Shown: in pieces, positions 18,352 to 29,540 of the stretch
Layout of the letters: each line of letters starts with the position of its first letter
Position numbering within the stretch: the first letter of the stretch is position 1
IMG/VR virus record: IMGVR_UViG_3300048060_000061
Location: 39,197 to 103,196 of that record
DNA: 64,000 bases
Source of the DNA: a virus
Taxonomy: Duplodnaviria; Caudoviricetes
Strand: one strand, 5' to 3'
Notes under the pieces: model-generated
Told to the model about the DNA's origin: nothing
Databases searched by the model: none
Seen by the model: the letters and a program-made list of their open reading frames with translations, nothing else
Position numbers and translations under genes: made by a program

Positions 18352-19463
18352 TGGCAATTGAAAACAGCACAAGTCTAATCGTGCAATCAATTGAAGGCGA
18401 TGGAGACCGGGGCGGCTGGCAGGCCACCGCGTCTTTCGCTAATGATCAAGATGAAGCCGCATATGGCCGGCGCACTGATCTTTATTGGACTCCAGAAGGT
18501 GATGGCGTTTGGGCCGATGAGCCAATCCTGGCAATGACCGGCAGTATCTTGCCTCAGTCAGTTAGATTTGACATCAGACAATCAGGGACACCGCTGACGA
18601 TTGTTACTACCGACGCCTTTATGACAAGCGCTGGTCTACAAGGAATTTATTTTACTGATGTGGATCCGCCAACAAATCCTCACCAGTATACAGATCTTCG
18701 ACTTGGTACTACTGTCAAGCACATAATAGAGCAACATACCAACATTTCATCTACAGCTAATGTTCAAAATACCGATGGAACTGATAGCGGAAATCCTATC
18801 GGGGGGTGGGTTGATACATCCAATATTGATGTGATTTTCACAACCAAAATTGATGTCATCACAGTTCGTCAAGCTAATGCATTATGGCAAGCCATTAAGG
18901 ATATTGGTCGTAATGAATTCTATGTAGCCTATATGTCGAAAGATGATAAATTCAACTATGAACCACATCCAGTATTCAAATCCGTACTTGATCCATTTAC
19001 GTTGGCCATAGATGACACCATGATAGTTGGGCAACCTGAGATACAATTCCGTGATCGGGTTGACATGGATCAGGTAGTTTTGGCGGCCCTGACAGATGAT
19101 GGAGAGATACTAAGAGCGGAATTTCCAACGGATATTACAGCCCAAGGCCGGCGCAAAAATATTACTAATTTGCGATGTAACGATCAGAACAGACTTGATA
19201 ACCTGGCACAACGGGCATTTAGCTTTGAAAGCCGATTATACAATCTCAGGATACAATTGCCCGGCGCGAGTGGATTATATTTTGAATTATTTGATCGTGT
19301 TTCTTTTACCTATTCGGGCACGGCAAGGAACGGTGTTTCTTTATCATTTTCGGCAGAACCATTTTTCATTAACAAGATCAGAGTAAATCGTGTCGGTAAT
19401 TTTGGAGCGATAACAGATCTTGAATTAGAACAAGAAAATTTAGTAGGAGCGATCTATGCCTGA
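18351..19463 (+). CDS. Putative baseplate hub/tail protein
   Basis: C-terminal LYFELFDRVSF...FFINKIRV pattern; position in the operon. Confidence 0.6.
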   Translation: MAIENSTSLIVQSIEGDGDRGGWQATASFANDQDEAAYGRRTDLYWTPEGDGVWADEPILAMTGSILPQSVRFDIRQSGTPLTIVTTDAFMTSAGLQGIYFTDVDPPTNPHQYTDLRLGTTVKHIIEQHTNISSTANVQNTDGTDSGNPIGGWVDTSNIDVIFTTKIDVITVRQANALWQAIKDIGRNEFYVAYMSKDDKFNYEPHPVFKSVLDPFTLAIDDTMIVGQPEIQFRDRVDMDQVVLAALTDDGEILRAEFPTDITAQGRRKNITNLRCNDQNRLDNLAQRAFSFESRLYNLRIQLPGASGLYFELFDRVSFTYSGTARNGVSLSFSAEPFFINKIRVNRVGNFGAITDLELEQENLVGAIYA

Positions 19464-21420
19464 TGAAGCATTAATTACACAGATGGAAAATATATTAGCT
19501 GATGTAATAACTCTTGGTGGGCAAAATGAACGATCCAGTGTCGTACCAAATTTAACTGTTCAGGATGCTAATCCTACAGGGTTAAGTGGGTTTGTAATTA
19601 TTTCTGATGATCGAGATGGTGATAACATTGTAGCCAAAAAGGTTGGAAGTGTTATCTATACTGACAATGATTTAGTCAATGTCCTTTTCCCGAAAGGTGG
19701 TGAGGCTATCGCTTTTCAGCAGGGATCACAATCTGCTAATAGTGGTATCTGGGAAATTGTACCAAGTACAACAACTGACATTTTTTATGACAAGGGAAAT
19801 GTTGGAATAGGTAAATCGGTTGCGCCTGATGCGGCACTTGAAATTTTAGATGCAAGCCAGGCACAATTAAGACTGACATTTGAAGAAGACGTAAAATTTG
19901 TTGATTTCACCCTGGATACGAACCATGATCTAACTATTACTCCCAGCTCAAATGGTCAAATTATCCTACAGCCTACAACGGATTCAGTAGATTTTTTCCA
20001 AGTATTAGATGCAGATGGGGGAGATCCGGTTTTTAATGTCGATGTTGTTAATGAGAGAGTAGCGATTGGATCAGCTGCGCCAAACAGGGCATTATTGGTA
20101 GAGAAAGATACTACCGCCGTTACCGTCAGCGCCGTTCCGCTGATAACTACAAGAAACATAAATACTAGTGGAAATTCGTTAGCTGGCTATGAGATGGCGG
20201 CTGACAATGGAGCTATAACAGGTCAATTCTTCGCCGATGGAAACGATTTATTCGGGTTTGGCACGGATAGCATATATTTCCGTGTGTTTACAAATCACCC
20301 CCTTGTATTTGGCACAAATAATACGGCACGCGCCATATTTGAAGCAGATGGCGATTTTGGACTAGGTACTTTAACTGTACCTCATGGGGGTGTTGGTGCG
20401 GCAAAATTTGCTATTGACGGGGCAAATAACAGTTTAGCTGGTCCCCACATTCAGATTACTACAGATGCTGATGATTTTCCGATATTACAACATTTTAATT
20501 GGGGACATGATAATATTGGTTTTGCATTTGACCTTTATTTTGATGGGCAATTTAGGAGCGCCGATGCTGGTACGAACTGCCTGATGAGAAAGTTAAATGA
20601 TGTTTTTCTCATAGCATACGATTCGGGAATTGCTCAGGGAAACGCTGTGGTACTTAATACCGCTCTGAGTATTGATCTTGCTACAGGTGCTATAAGCGTT
20701 CAAGATGAGATAAACCATCTTGGCGATACGGATACTAAATTAGTTTTTGGCACTGATTCCCTAGAAGCTACTATAGGTAATCTGTCAATGTTGAAATTGA
20801 CGGAAACGGCACAGGATTTGGTAGAAATTGGTGATGTAGCTGGAACTGGCGATGTTGATGTCAGCGTTAATGATGAGCAAATATTTTTACGTGGCAGTGA
20901 CGGTACATTAGGGATAGGGATAGCCTCTGGTTCGTTAGAGGCGAACACAATAGTCGAGATTGAAGAAGGTGGTGTCAAAATTGCCGGCGGTGGGTTTGGC
21001 GATTTTGTTAATGCTAGCAATTATGAAATTTTCTTTACCTCGAATGGTTGGTTTGGCAGAAATACTTGGAATGTGCAGGATATTGATTTTGGCGGTTGGT
21101 GGATTGACCTGTTAAATAATGTTACTGATACTGTAGACAGATTTAGTATTAAATATCGCGCTCAAAGTGCAGCGGCTGGCACATTTACAACACATTTATC
21201 TATGAATAAAGATGGACTACTTGGAATAAATGGAATAACATCACCATCAACCGAACTTGACATAGGCGCTGGCGCTATGGAATTTGAAGAAATGACAGCG
21301 CCGGGAGCAGGGGCAGTAAATACGGCGCGGTTATTTGCACAAGACAATGGAGCGGGAAAAACTCAATTAGCAGTTCGTTTCAACACAGGAGCAATTCAGA
21401 TTTTAGCTACGGAGCCATAA
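19456..21420 (+). CDS. Tail fiber/receptor-binding protein
   Basis: GNVGIG/LGIG repeats; C-terminal ARLFAQDNGAGKTQLAVRF. Confidence 0.75.
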   Translation: MPDEALITQMENILADVITLGGQNERSSVVPNLTVQDANPTGLSGFVIISDDRDGDNIVAKKVGSVIYTDNDLVNVLFPKGGEAIAFQQGSQSANSGIWEIVPSTTTDIFYDKGNVGIGKSVAPDAALEILDASQAQLRLTFEEDVKFVDFTLDTNHDLTITPSSNGQIILQPTTDSVDFFQVLDADGGDPVFNVDVVNERVAIGSAAPNRALLVEKDTTAVTVSAVPLITTRNINTSGNSLAGYEMAADNGAITGQFFADGNDLFGFGTDSIYFRVFTNHPLVFGTNNTARAIFEADGDFGLGTLTVPHGGVGAAKFAIDGANNSLAGPHIQITTDADDFPILQHFNWGHDNIGFAFDLYFDGQFRSADAGTNCLMRKLNDVFLIAYDSGIAQGNAVVLNTALSIDLATGAISVQDEINHLGDTDTKLVFGTDSLEATIGNLSMLKLTETAQDLVEIGDVAGTGDVDVSVNDEQIFLRGSDGTLGIGIASGSLEANTIVEIEEGGVKIAGGGFGDFVNASNYEIFFTSNGWFGRNTWNVQDIDFGGWWIDLLNNVTDTVDRFSIKYRAQSAAAGTFTTHLSMNKDGLLGINGITSPSTELDIGAGAMEFEEMTAPGAGAVNTARLFAQDNGAGKTQLAVRFNTGAIQILATEP

Positions 21421-21421
21421 T

Positions 21422-21808
21422 ATGAATCCGAGAGTTTATCAAGCGGCAGATGATCGCTGGTTAGTTTTTCATAATGAAATAAAATCAGATTATTTCACTT
21501 TAGAAAGTGAGGCGCAAGACATGGCAACAAAACTAACGTGGGCTGGGCAGGCTCAAGCGCAGGCCACTACATTAGCTCAAATAGGTGATCAATTGGCAAA
21601 TCTGGAAACGGTTTATTTTGACCGGGGATATGATGGGGGGGGCTCTAACCCGATTACCAATGACGATGTGGTATCGTTAAATATCACGGCGGCTGATTTG
21701 GCGGCATTAATTACACTAATCCAGCAATTAAATAATTTCCTTGGCAATTCTGCCGTGACAACAGGCGATTATGACGCTACTTTGAATACAGTCAGGACTG
21801 ATGTTTAA
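21422..21808 (+). CDS. Hypothetical virion-associated protein
   Basis: Closely coupled downstream of the tail fiber gene. Confidence 0.55.
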   Translation: MNPRVYQAADDRWLVFHNEIKSDYFTLESEAQDMATKLTWAGQAQAQATTLAQIGDQLANLETVYFDRGYDGGGSNPITNDDVVSLNITAADLAALITLIQQLNNFLGNSAVTTGDYDATLNTVRTDV

Positions 21809-22146
21809 TGGAGGAGAACCAACAAACACAAACTGGTTTAACATTTTCCGAAATTCGGAGCGCACTTCAAAATATATTTTCAGAAGTTATCAGTGGTCAG
21901 GCGCTGCAAATCGCCGCACTGAATAAACAAATCGAAGTATACCTTCAAACTATTCAAGATATGACCATAAAAGAAAAAGGTCTTATAGATCATATCCAAG
22001 ATCTTCAAGTTGAAATTTTTGAACTTCAACGAATGGATGCTATAGTTGAGGAAACTGAGGAGCTATCTCCAGGACTGGCAGAGATAGCAGGGCGGGGGAG
22101 TGCCATACTAGATGAAAATGCAAAAGAAAGAGCCGCCTCAGTTTGA
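21808..22146 (+). CDS. Coiled-coil protein
   Basis: Heptad pattern; followed by GCCGCCTCA/TGAGGCGGC hairpin. Confidence 0.55.
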   Translation: MEENQQTQTGLTFSEIRSALQNIFSEVISGQALQIAALNKQIEVYLQTIQDMTIKEKGLIDHIQDLQVEIFELQRMDAIVEETEELSPGLAEIAGRGSAILDENAKERAASV

Positions 22147-22186
22147 GGCGGCCTTTTAAGAGGAAAAGTGAGCTTTGCAAGCGTAT

Positions 22187-22594
22187 TCACTTGTAACTTG
22201 CAAGATATTGTAATTCTACCGCTCCATCCTCCCACGATCTTACCGCCTTGGTCTCTATGTGAGTAGCCCATCCAAGGACTACTCTAGCTGTCCATCCAGA
22301 CGGACACGTGTTAATGATCAACCGGGGTCGTTCGTTAGGTTTACCCACAATGGCCTCTTTGCCAGAAGATGTAAGTTTTATTCCCTGTTGATTTAGAAAG
22401 GCTAATGCCTTTCTATTTGAAAGCATTTTTCTGGTAGTAGGACCATACCTATTCTCGCCTGGACAGTCTGGCCTATCCGCCATTCTTGTTTCCAGCACGA
22501 ACACGCGCTTGCTCTTGTCTCTTTCTTCATATTCTGCATACAGTGTTTCAAAATTTCCATTCACCGTGATTCTGCCTAATCCTTGCTTAAACAT
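22187..22594 (-). CDS. Hypothetical protein
   Basis: Preceded by the conserved GCAGGACCTAGC..AAAGGAG leader. Confidence 0.65.
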   Translation of the reverse strand: MFKQGLGRITVNGNFETLYAEYEERDKSKRVFVLETRMADRPDCPGENRYGPTTRKMLSNRKALAFLNQQGIKLTSSGKEAIVGKPNERPRLIINTCPSGWTARVVLGWATHIETKAVRSWEDGAVELQYLASYK

Positions 22595-22799
22595 TAAACT
22601 CTCCTTTCTTGCTAGGTCCTGCTGAATTTCGTTTGTTTATCCTGGCTATTATCGAAGCCGCCAGTCCTGAGTATCTATGTTCCGGTTTATTTTACCCGTC
22701 AGTTTTTCAGGCGTTTGGGATTTTAGTATAGCGGTCCTCACGTCCGCTTGGTGATTTAATCTCACCCCTTAGCCCCCCGTAAGGGGCTAAAGGTTGGGG

Positions 22800-23087
22800 T
22801 TAAATTATCTGATACCAACCGTTACCGGTTCTACTAAGACGGCTATCACTATAGCGAGCTTCTGTATTTAAGATTGCTCTGATTTGATTTAGTCCGATAG
22901 TGTTTTTGTTTATTCGACGAGTATTACTATCAACTTTCTCTTTAACGTCTGCACCATCTTCTATTAACTGTTGTGCGACATGCTTACAATGGAATATCCC
23001 ATCAAACTCTTGTGACGACACTTCATCCACTGTTTCCAACACTGTCTTTGTATTTATCATCCAGCCATCTTGAGTTCTTATAATCAT
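22800..23087 (-). CDS. Hypothetical early protein (copy 1 of a duplicate)
   Basis: One residue different from 63683-63970; has its own promoter at 23133-23162. Confidence 0.75.
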   Translation of the reverse strand: MIIRTQDGWMINTKTVLETVDEVSSQEFDGIFHCKHVAQQLIEDGADVKEKVDSNTRRINKNTIGLNQIRAILNTEARYSDSRLSRTGNGWYQII

Positions 23088-23241
23088 TTTCGTTTCTCCT
23101 TTTCGCTAGGTCCTGCTCTCAAATCTGTATTTATTATACCACGAAGTATATAGTTTTGTCAACCCCCAATATGCTAAAAAGGAGCAGTATTCTATACATA
23201 TTTTTTTAGCGTGTATTTTTAAGGTAGGGGTATTACTTAAG

Positions 23242-24135
23242 TTATCTTTTCCACGCCGTATTGAAAAATGTAGCAAGGTCTTTCAAATCGCACTTCGGTA
23301 ATTCATAGCACGGTGCTTTTCTTGATCCACGTCCAGCAAAAAAACCATCTTGGTGGCGAAACCAAAGTGTTAATTCTTTAGCAACCGGCGAAGAAGATAA
23401 GACCAAATCGACTAATTTTCCAAGATGAGGTTCTTTCCATTCGGGAGCCCGTGAAGCTCCCATTGGGTAAGAGATTCCTTCTGGCGTCTTAATAGGCTCC
23501 CCTTCAAATACAACTATACGAGCCCCCTTATCATATGCGGAGAAGGTAACAGAGGGTGTTCCCCCACGAATTGCCCAAATTAACTTGTCATCTGATTTCC
23601 AGATAACTTTCTCGTCTAACTCTGCTTTTGTTTCTACTTTATGCTTTAACCAAGCTGCCGCCCGATCAAGCAAATCAAAACCGACCGCTACCATTTCCAT
23701 ATCGGTTAGGCGTTGACCAGTTAGTAAATTTTTTTGCAACCCTCCCCCCCAGAGGATAGAGTGAATCCCAACTGGTTCGGTTCGTGCTAAATCTCCCTGC
23801 CAAATAACTTTGATCAGGGGAGAAAGATAGGAAACATCAATACCTAAGTATAAAAGATATTCCCAAAGCATTTTTGCTGCACAAGTATTGGTACTTTGCG
23901 ATCCTTCAAGATGGTGGTGGTCAAAGCGCCATGTTTCAGGGCGGTATACTCCCCCCATATCACCGACTGATATAGCCGCTTCCAAAACATCCTGATCAAT
24001 CCGACTAAGAGACATCAAATTGATTTCGGCATCTTTGAAGGTCGGAACCACTTGACTTGCAAATCGTTTGACAAGCCAAAGGTAACAAATGGCATCAAAG
24101 TCTGGACTCTGATGGGTTACTATATGTTCTCTCAT
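23242..24135 (-). CDS. MYG1/DHH-like metal-dependent hydrolase
   Basis: IVTHQSPDFDA, VGDMGGVY and RFDHHH motifs. Confidence 0.65.
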   Translation of the reverse strand: MREHIVTHQSPDFDAICYLWLVKRFASQVVPTFKDAEINLMSLSRIDQDVLEAAISVGDMGGVYRPETWRFDHHHLEGSQSTNTCAAKMLWEYLLYLGIDVSYLSPLIKVIWQGDLARTEPVGIHSILWGGGLQKNLLTGQRLTDMEMVAVGFDLLDRAAAWLKHKVETKAELDEKVIWKSDDKLIWAIRGGTPSVTFSAYDKGARIVVFEGEPIKTPEGISYPMGASRAPEWKEPHLGKLVDLVLSSSPVAKELTLWFRHQDGFFAGRGSRKAPCYELPKCDLKDLATFFNTAWKR

Positions 24136-24372
24136 TTTAGCTTTCCTTTATCTGTATTTTGTGGTGGCGGGTCGTAAATTTCCTCACCATATGTATCATC
24201 ATAGTGCGAGAAAGTCCAACCTGCCTTTTCCATCTTACTAGCCGCTTTGCTGGCTAATGAATGATTAAGGTCTAGAGCGGATTGTCCGTATAGATAGACA
24301 GCAACTTGCCACGCATCCATTGGGTATTGAGGAATTTCTTCAATAGTCTTTAATTGTATCATTTGTATCCTG

Positions 24373-25335
24373 TTATTCAAGGTAATCTTTGTCATCGTCC
24401 TCATCATCATCCCAGGCCCCGTAATCGCCAGGGTGGGCTTGCCTTGTAGGCAACGGCAGTATCGGTTCAGGCTTGTGTCCAGTCCATTCGTAGAATTTGG
24501 ACCGGGGCCACGGGTCTGTCATCCAAGAGGTATCGGGCTCGACCAGCATCATTGCCTCCTTAACTGTCAGCCACTCGGAACATTCCCACGAATTTGGGTT
24601 TCCACTGCGAGCAGTCCAATCGAGACGGCCAACAGCGTCTACAGCCTGCGCCAGGTCCAAAGTGTTCCGGACATCCCAAGACACATAATCCAAAACCTTA
24701 TGATACTCACCTTTGGCCCAAAGCTCCGGAGCCTTAGCGCCTGTCATTCCTTCCGGCTTGCCCGGCAACTCCATACCCTTGGCGGCGTCGTCGAGGCCCA
24801 GACGATGGCCCTTTTCGCAATGGAAATGGAACATCATGTCGATATGATTTAGGGCCAACTCCTTACACTCGATATACATACCGCTTTCCTCCGAAAGCAC
24901 ATCAAAATCGAACCCTAACCCGTTCCAGGTTAATAGCGTGTAACCCTTCTCGATAAAATTCAACAAAATAAACACCAAAAGTTCACAATCTTCTCTGCTC
25001 ATTTTATCAGTAAATCGCCTATCGACATCATGCGCGTACCAATTCCACAACCCCCCATCACTTGACACGGCTGCAGCGCAGGTGATACCCAAAGGTCTGA
25101 AACGTTTCCAATCGTTATTATCAATTGGTCTCCACATCGCAGTTATGTCGGGCAAGATTAGAGTACCAGGAGATTTTGCTAAATAAACACCGCCTTCGCG
25201 GTAAACCCCTTTTTCCCACCCATCAATGAGGCTAACTTCGATAACTTCCTCATTTCTTGGCGGGTCATTCTGGAACGATAATGCACCTAAATCTTTTGCT
25301 ATCTCTATATCAACTGCCAAATATTTTTTCATCAT
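24373..25335 (-). CDS. DEDD/RNase H-like 3'-5' exonuclease
   Basis: AVDIE, TWNGLGFD, HIDM and YVSWDV motifs. Confidence 0.8.
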   Translation of the reverse strand: MMKKYLAVDIEIAKDLGALSFQNDPPRNEEVIEVSLIDGWEKGVYREGGVYLAKSPGTLILPDITAMWRPIDNNDWKRFRPLGITCAAAVSSDGGLWNWYAHDVDRRFTDKMSREDCELLVFILLNFIEKGYTLLTWNGLGFDFDVLSEESGMYIECKELALNHIDMMFHFHCEKGHRLGLDDAAKGMELPGKPEGMTGAKAPELWAKGEYHKVLDYVSWDVRNTLDLAQAVDAVGRLDWTARSGNPNSWECSEWLTVKEAMMLVEPDTSWMTDPWPRSKFYEWTGHKPEPILPLPTRQAHPGDYGAWDDDEDDDKDYLE

Positions 25336-25822
25336 TAATCTCCTTTTTTGGTTCGTGGTGCTTCAAAAATTTTTCTGCTCGTTCCCTTCTGCTCCTGAAG
25401 GAAATCAGAGGGTTTACCAAAGCCCTGATAACTTTTCGGGCTTCCTCCATCTCATCTTGCAAAATAGAAATCGCTCCAAGCGCCTCAATTTCTGTTTTGC
25501 TTGCTGGCCGGCGAGGCGGTAACTGTGTTTTGTCTACTTCTTCCAAAATCTGCCTGGCTAATTCGGGACTATGATTAATAAGTCTTTTCAACTCCCAACA
25601 CGGATCACATAATTTTGTGCCAAGCATTGGGGTCTGTTTGCCGCAATAACGGCAATCGGTTGTTTCTTGGTTGTTCATTAGCGTTAATCCTCTATCCCCT
25701 GAATTGAAAATCCTGTTTTAAGTGACAATTTCAGTTTAATCTCAATCGTCAGATTAGAGTATTTTCTAGCATAAATCTTGAGTAGTAGCTTGACCTTGAA
25801 TATTAATGACATAGCTAGAATA

Positions 25823-26191
25823 TCATTCATTGTCAACACCTTGAATTGTAAAGTCTACGTCAAAAGTGTCATTATCTTGCTCAAGTAGTGGATAGCCATT
25901 TGTAGCTTGATTGTCTCCCTTTAGTTTGAGTATTTCCTTACCATATTGGGCCAGAGATTGCATCTTAACTGTGTCCCAACGATCATTATTATTTTGTGCT
26001 TCAATTGCCAGTTTTGCACCTAATTGAATCGATCTATGTGCGTACCAAATACCAACGCTGAATATACCTGAAATGAGCACGGTTAGGCCAACAGTTGATA
26101 GTCCAATCAATAGAAACGTACCACCCACAGTAGCATAAAGAATCGCCAAAATCAGCGTTAAACCTACTAAACTACCGGTTATCCATTTCAC
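25823..26191 (-). CDS. Two-TM membrane protein
   Basis: Two N-terminal hydrophobic helices; downstream of the FtsK-like gene. Confidence 0.65.
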   Translation of the reverse strand: MKWITGSLVGLTLILAILYATVGGTFLLIGLSTVGLTVLISGIFSVGIWYAHRSIQLGAKLAIEAQNNNDRWDTVKMQSLAQYGKEILKLKGDNQATNGYPLLEQDNDTFDVDFTIQGVDNE

Positions 26192-26322
26192 TAGATTCTT
26201 CTCCGTTTTAGTTGTCGTTCCATTCCATTCCCCTTAAAACATAGGGTATTTTAAGGGGAATAGGTCGAAATAGGGGGAATATTAGGGGGAATGGAATGAT
26301 TTACGTGGTTTTGAGTTATACA

Positions 26323-27621
26323 TTAGGCCTCAATAAATTCGTTCGTTACGAAGCAATATTGCTGAGATTCACTAGCGTTTTTGAGCCATTCTCTAATACC
26401 GTCAGCGAACCGTTTGGCTCGTGTCGCTTTTTTTCCCCCTATACCTAACTCGCTTTGCAGTTTGTTAATCGACATAGGTTTGAATAGGGCCACAGCTACA
26501 TGTTCTGGTTCTAATCGTTCCGGTTGTCTGGTGACTGGCGGCCCATTATTAACCGTATCATCTTCGGGCAAGTCAAGCATAGGAACATTATCAACCCGTT
26601 CTAATTTGGCAACATGCTTGGGTTGAATATGAGCTATGGTTAACCGGCTTAATCCGTTAAAATCCTTAAGCAGAAAGTCGCCATAACCTTGTAAACTTTC
26701 TGCCCCACTACCAACTATCCCAAGGGCATTAGATGCGCTTTGGCTATCATCTACCTTGCCACATAAGCGAGTGGTTACATTGCGCTTTAACTCTGCACTC
26801 CCAAGCATTTTAATTTGTGGATACTGTGTACTCAAGATAAGGTGTAAACCGAACTCACCCCCTATTGAGGCAATCCGACTTAAGTAAGAACTAGCCAATT
26901 TGCTATCATCAGCTAAGGCTTTTAATTCATCTATCAGGATAAAGATTTTAGGTTCAGTATATCTTGCTTCCCCTCGTCTATTTATCTCTTGACTGGCCCA
27001 AGCTAAAACCTTGTCTGCTTCTTCCAATTCGGTAATGAGGGGATGAGCCAAACTTGCTACATTGCCAAAATCTGACCAATTAAAGCCTTTTTTGGCTACA
27101 TCAAAGACAATTAGTTTAGTCTCATCTGGTGAGGTATTGCGGGCTAAATTCCAAGCGATAAGCTTTTGACCATTGGTTTTACCGCTGCGCGTTTGACCAG
27201 TTATAAAGACGTGGGCCATGCTCGCTTCCTTGAAGTCTATTCTTTTAGGCTCATCCTGTAGCCCTAAGCCGATAGTAGCGATTGGCCCCTTGCGGATATA
27301 ATGACTTGCTTCCATTCTCTCAATGGTAACTTGTTTCCAGAATTGGGTCGGTTTAGGAATCTCGATCAAGATGTTAGGGCCTTGCCACCCGATGCGTACC
27401 TTGTGTTTGTCGTCCAGGCCGGCGAACATCGTCAACTCGTTGACCATACCGCTTATCTTGGTTAGATAGTGGGGATTGATACCAGATAGTTTTAAGGTGT
27501 TTACCCTGGCAGAATTGTTCCCATTAGGCTTATAATGCTGATTAGGCAAGATGCTTAATTCTTGAGCTAGTCCGCGCATAACGCCATAACTGGACTGATA
27601 GCAAAATTGTTTTAGATTCAT
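26323..27621 (-). CDS. FtsK/SpoIIIE-family ATPase (TraB-like)
   Basis: Walker A GQTRSGKT, Walker B ILIDE, GLHLILSTQYP and AESLQGYGD. Confidence 0.85.
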   Translation of the reverse strand: MNLKQFCYQSSYGVMRGLAQELSILPNQHYKPNGNNSARVNTLKLSGINPHYLTKISGMVNELTMFAGLDDKHKVRIGWQGPNILIEIPKPTQFWKQVTIERMEASHYIRKGPIATIGLGLQDEPKRIDFKEASMAHVFITGQTRSGKTNGQKLIAWNLARNTSPDETKLIVFDVAKKGFNWSDFGNVASLAHPLITELEEADKVLAWASQEINRRGEARYTEPKIFILIDELKALADDSKLASSYLSRIASIGGEFGLHLILSTQYPQIKMLGSAELKRNVTTRLCGKVDDSQSASNALGIVGSGAESLQGYGDFLLKDFNGLSRLTIAHIQPKHVAKLERVDNVPMLDLPEDDTVNNGPPVTRQPERLEPEHVAVALFKPMSINKLQSELGIGGKKATRAKRFADGIREWLKNASESQQYCFVTNEFIEA

Positions 27622-28589
27622 AATCTCACCCCTTGCCTTGTCAGATTATTAGAGAACAATCCGACTAAATAATTAGTGGCGATGATTTCAATTTTTTCTT
27701 TCAGACCTTGCCAGATTGACGGTAAAGTTACCTCAATTTTGACCGTTGATTCATATAGGGTTATCAGTTCGGTTATCTCACTGACTACACACTTTCGCCT
27801 AGTTCGGGTAAAAGTTAGTTTTGGTGAAGATGCTATGGCTAAAAATCTCATCGCCTTATCCTGTTGATTTAGGTTAGTCACTTATTAGTTTCTTATAATT
27901 AGCCTGTCTTTTTTTTGTCATTGGTCGCCTTCGTTTAATTCTCGTATCACAATTATTGCACCAAATGGAGACATAAAGGCAGCTTCGTCAGTTTTTCCTA
28001 ATGGCTTGATTGCCTCCCAAGATGGGCGTTTATCACGCCAATATTCAATTGCTTCTTTCGCCGTGTCAAATTCGATGGTTGCTGCAAGTGTGCTATTTTC
28101 GGGGTAAAAAAAAGCGTATTTAGCCATTGTTCATCTACCTTTGTTAAATAGTTCTATTCTGTAATAAAATATTTCTCATAACGCAATTGGCCCAACGCTT
28201 GCGCCATACGCGCCAAGATGCGATATTCTTTTACGTCAGGGAATTCGTTTTGTATCGTTTCCATTACGTCTGTATGGCTTTTAAGTACATTCAAATCGGC
28301 ATCCTTCAACAGTTCCTTGGCTCGTCGTATCATTGCCTTGTTCTGGGCCGCGGTCTGTTTGGTAAAAGTTGCCTTTCGTTTTTTAGTCATAAGTTACATC
28401 CTTTCGACTTGTCTCATAGCATCAGTTCTTGAAGAAGCTACAAATCCGCCTGTATATCCCCACGTCCAGAAGAACGCCCCAGGGCGTTCCCATATTCTCC
28501 CAATCTTTACACCATTCCGATAATAAGTATCTTGTTTCCACATATCTAACTCCTTTCTTTTATTTCTTGGGTTGTGTTTGACAATACTT

Positions 28590-29144
28590 TCAGCGGCATT
28601 TTTGGCTAGTTTCTCTTTCAGGTATAACTGGCCCATTTATAATTTTGCTATTATCGGTTATCAAACCAGCCAGTTGAACCTTGGTACTTGCCTCAATTCT
28701 TGGTAATTCCGCCTCGCTCACATCAGTCAGTAATAATCGTTCACCATTGTTTGGATTGAAAATACGCCGGCCGTTTCCATAGAGTAGTAAAGGGTATTGC
28801 CGAGTGGCAATGTCTAGCGGAATTTGTTGGGCACGTTTATGTCTGATACTGTAAAACGACATCCCGACTAGAAAATAAATTGCGCTGGCAACACCACCGA
28901 CCATTAACGCTATGCCACTAACCATTAAAGACCAGAGCAAAAATTCTTTTACTATTAGCCTGACCGGTGTCAACGCCGCGCTGTCTGCCATTGCTAAATC
29001 ATGTCTATCGTCAGCTCGATTTGTCGCATGGTGCTGGTTTCGCGCCTTGGCATGTTTAATGCTATTGTCGCATCCGGTTAAGAGAATTGCGAGTACGATA
29101 ATTACGGTTATTCGGCTGTTTTTGGTCCACCAAGTTAAGTGCAT
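28590..29144 (-). CDS. Membrane/lipoprotein-like protein
   Basis: LLTGC lipobox-like motif plus a TM segment. Confidence 0.55.
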   Translation of the reverse strand: MHLTWWTKNSRITVIIVLAILLTGCDNSIKHAKARNQHHATNRADDRHDLAMADSAALTPVRLIVKEFLLWSLMVSGIALMVGGVASAIYFLVGMSFYSIRHKRAQQIPLDIATRQYPLLLYGNGRRIFNPNNGERLLLTDVSEAELPRIEASTKVQLAGLITDNSKIINGPVIPERETSQKCR

Positions 29145-29182
29145 ATCAAACTTCTTTATAACTTTATAAAACTATGATTTTA

Positions 29183-29515
29183 TTAAACTAATCCTGAAAT
29201 TAACCAGCCTATACCGGCAACCATTAACGGATAAACTAATACTTTTCCAATAAAAACACTTGCAAGGTCAGAGACGGTTTTAGTTTCAGTAATTTCATTT
29301 TGTAAATGCACTGTCAAAAAATTCACGGTCATGAAAATTCCGATAGCTTGTATGACCGTCAACATAGGTAATTTGAAAATCGGGACAATAAACCATTTCC
29401 ATAGCAAAGATAAAACCCAGCCATTCATAAATGTTGCTAATATTAATGCTGCAATAACTATTACTGTCGTTCCTACACAACTTGTTAATAGTTCTGAATC
29501 GCTACTTCTAGCCAT
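29183..29515 (-). CDS. Multi-TM membrane protein
   Basis: Three hydrophobic segments. Confidence 0.6.
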   Translation of the reverse strand: MARSSDSELLTSCVGTTVIVIAALILATFMNGWVLSLLWKWFIVPIFKLPMLTVIQAIGIFMTVNFLTVHLQNEITETKTVSDLASVFIGKVLVYPLMVAGIGWLISGLV

Positions 29516-29540
29516 AATTCTCCTTTATAACTTTATAGAA

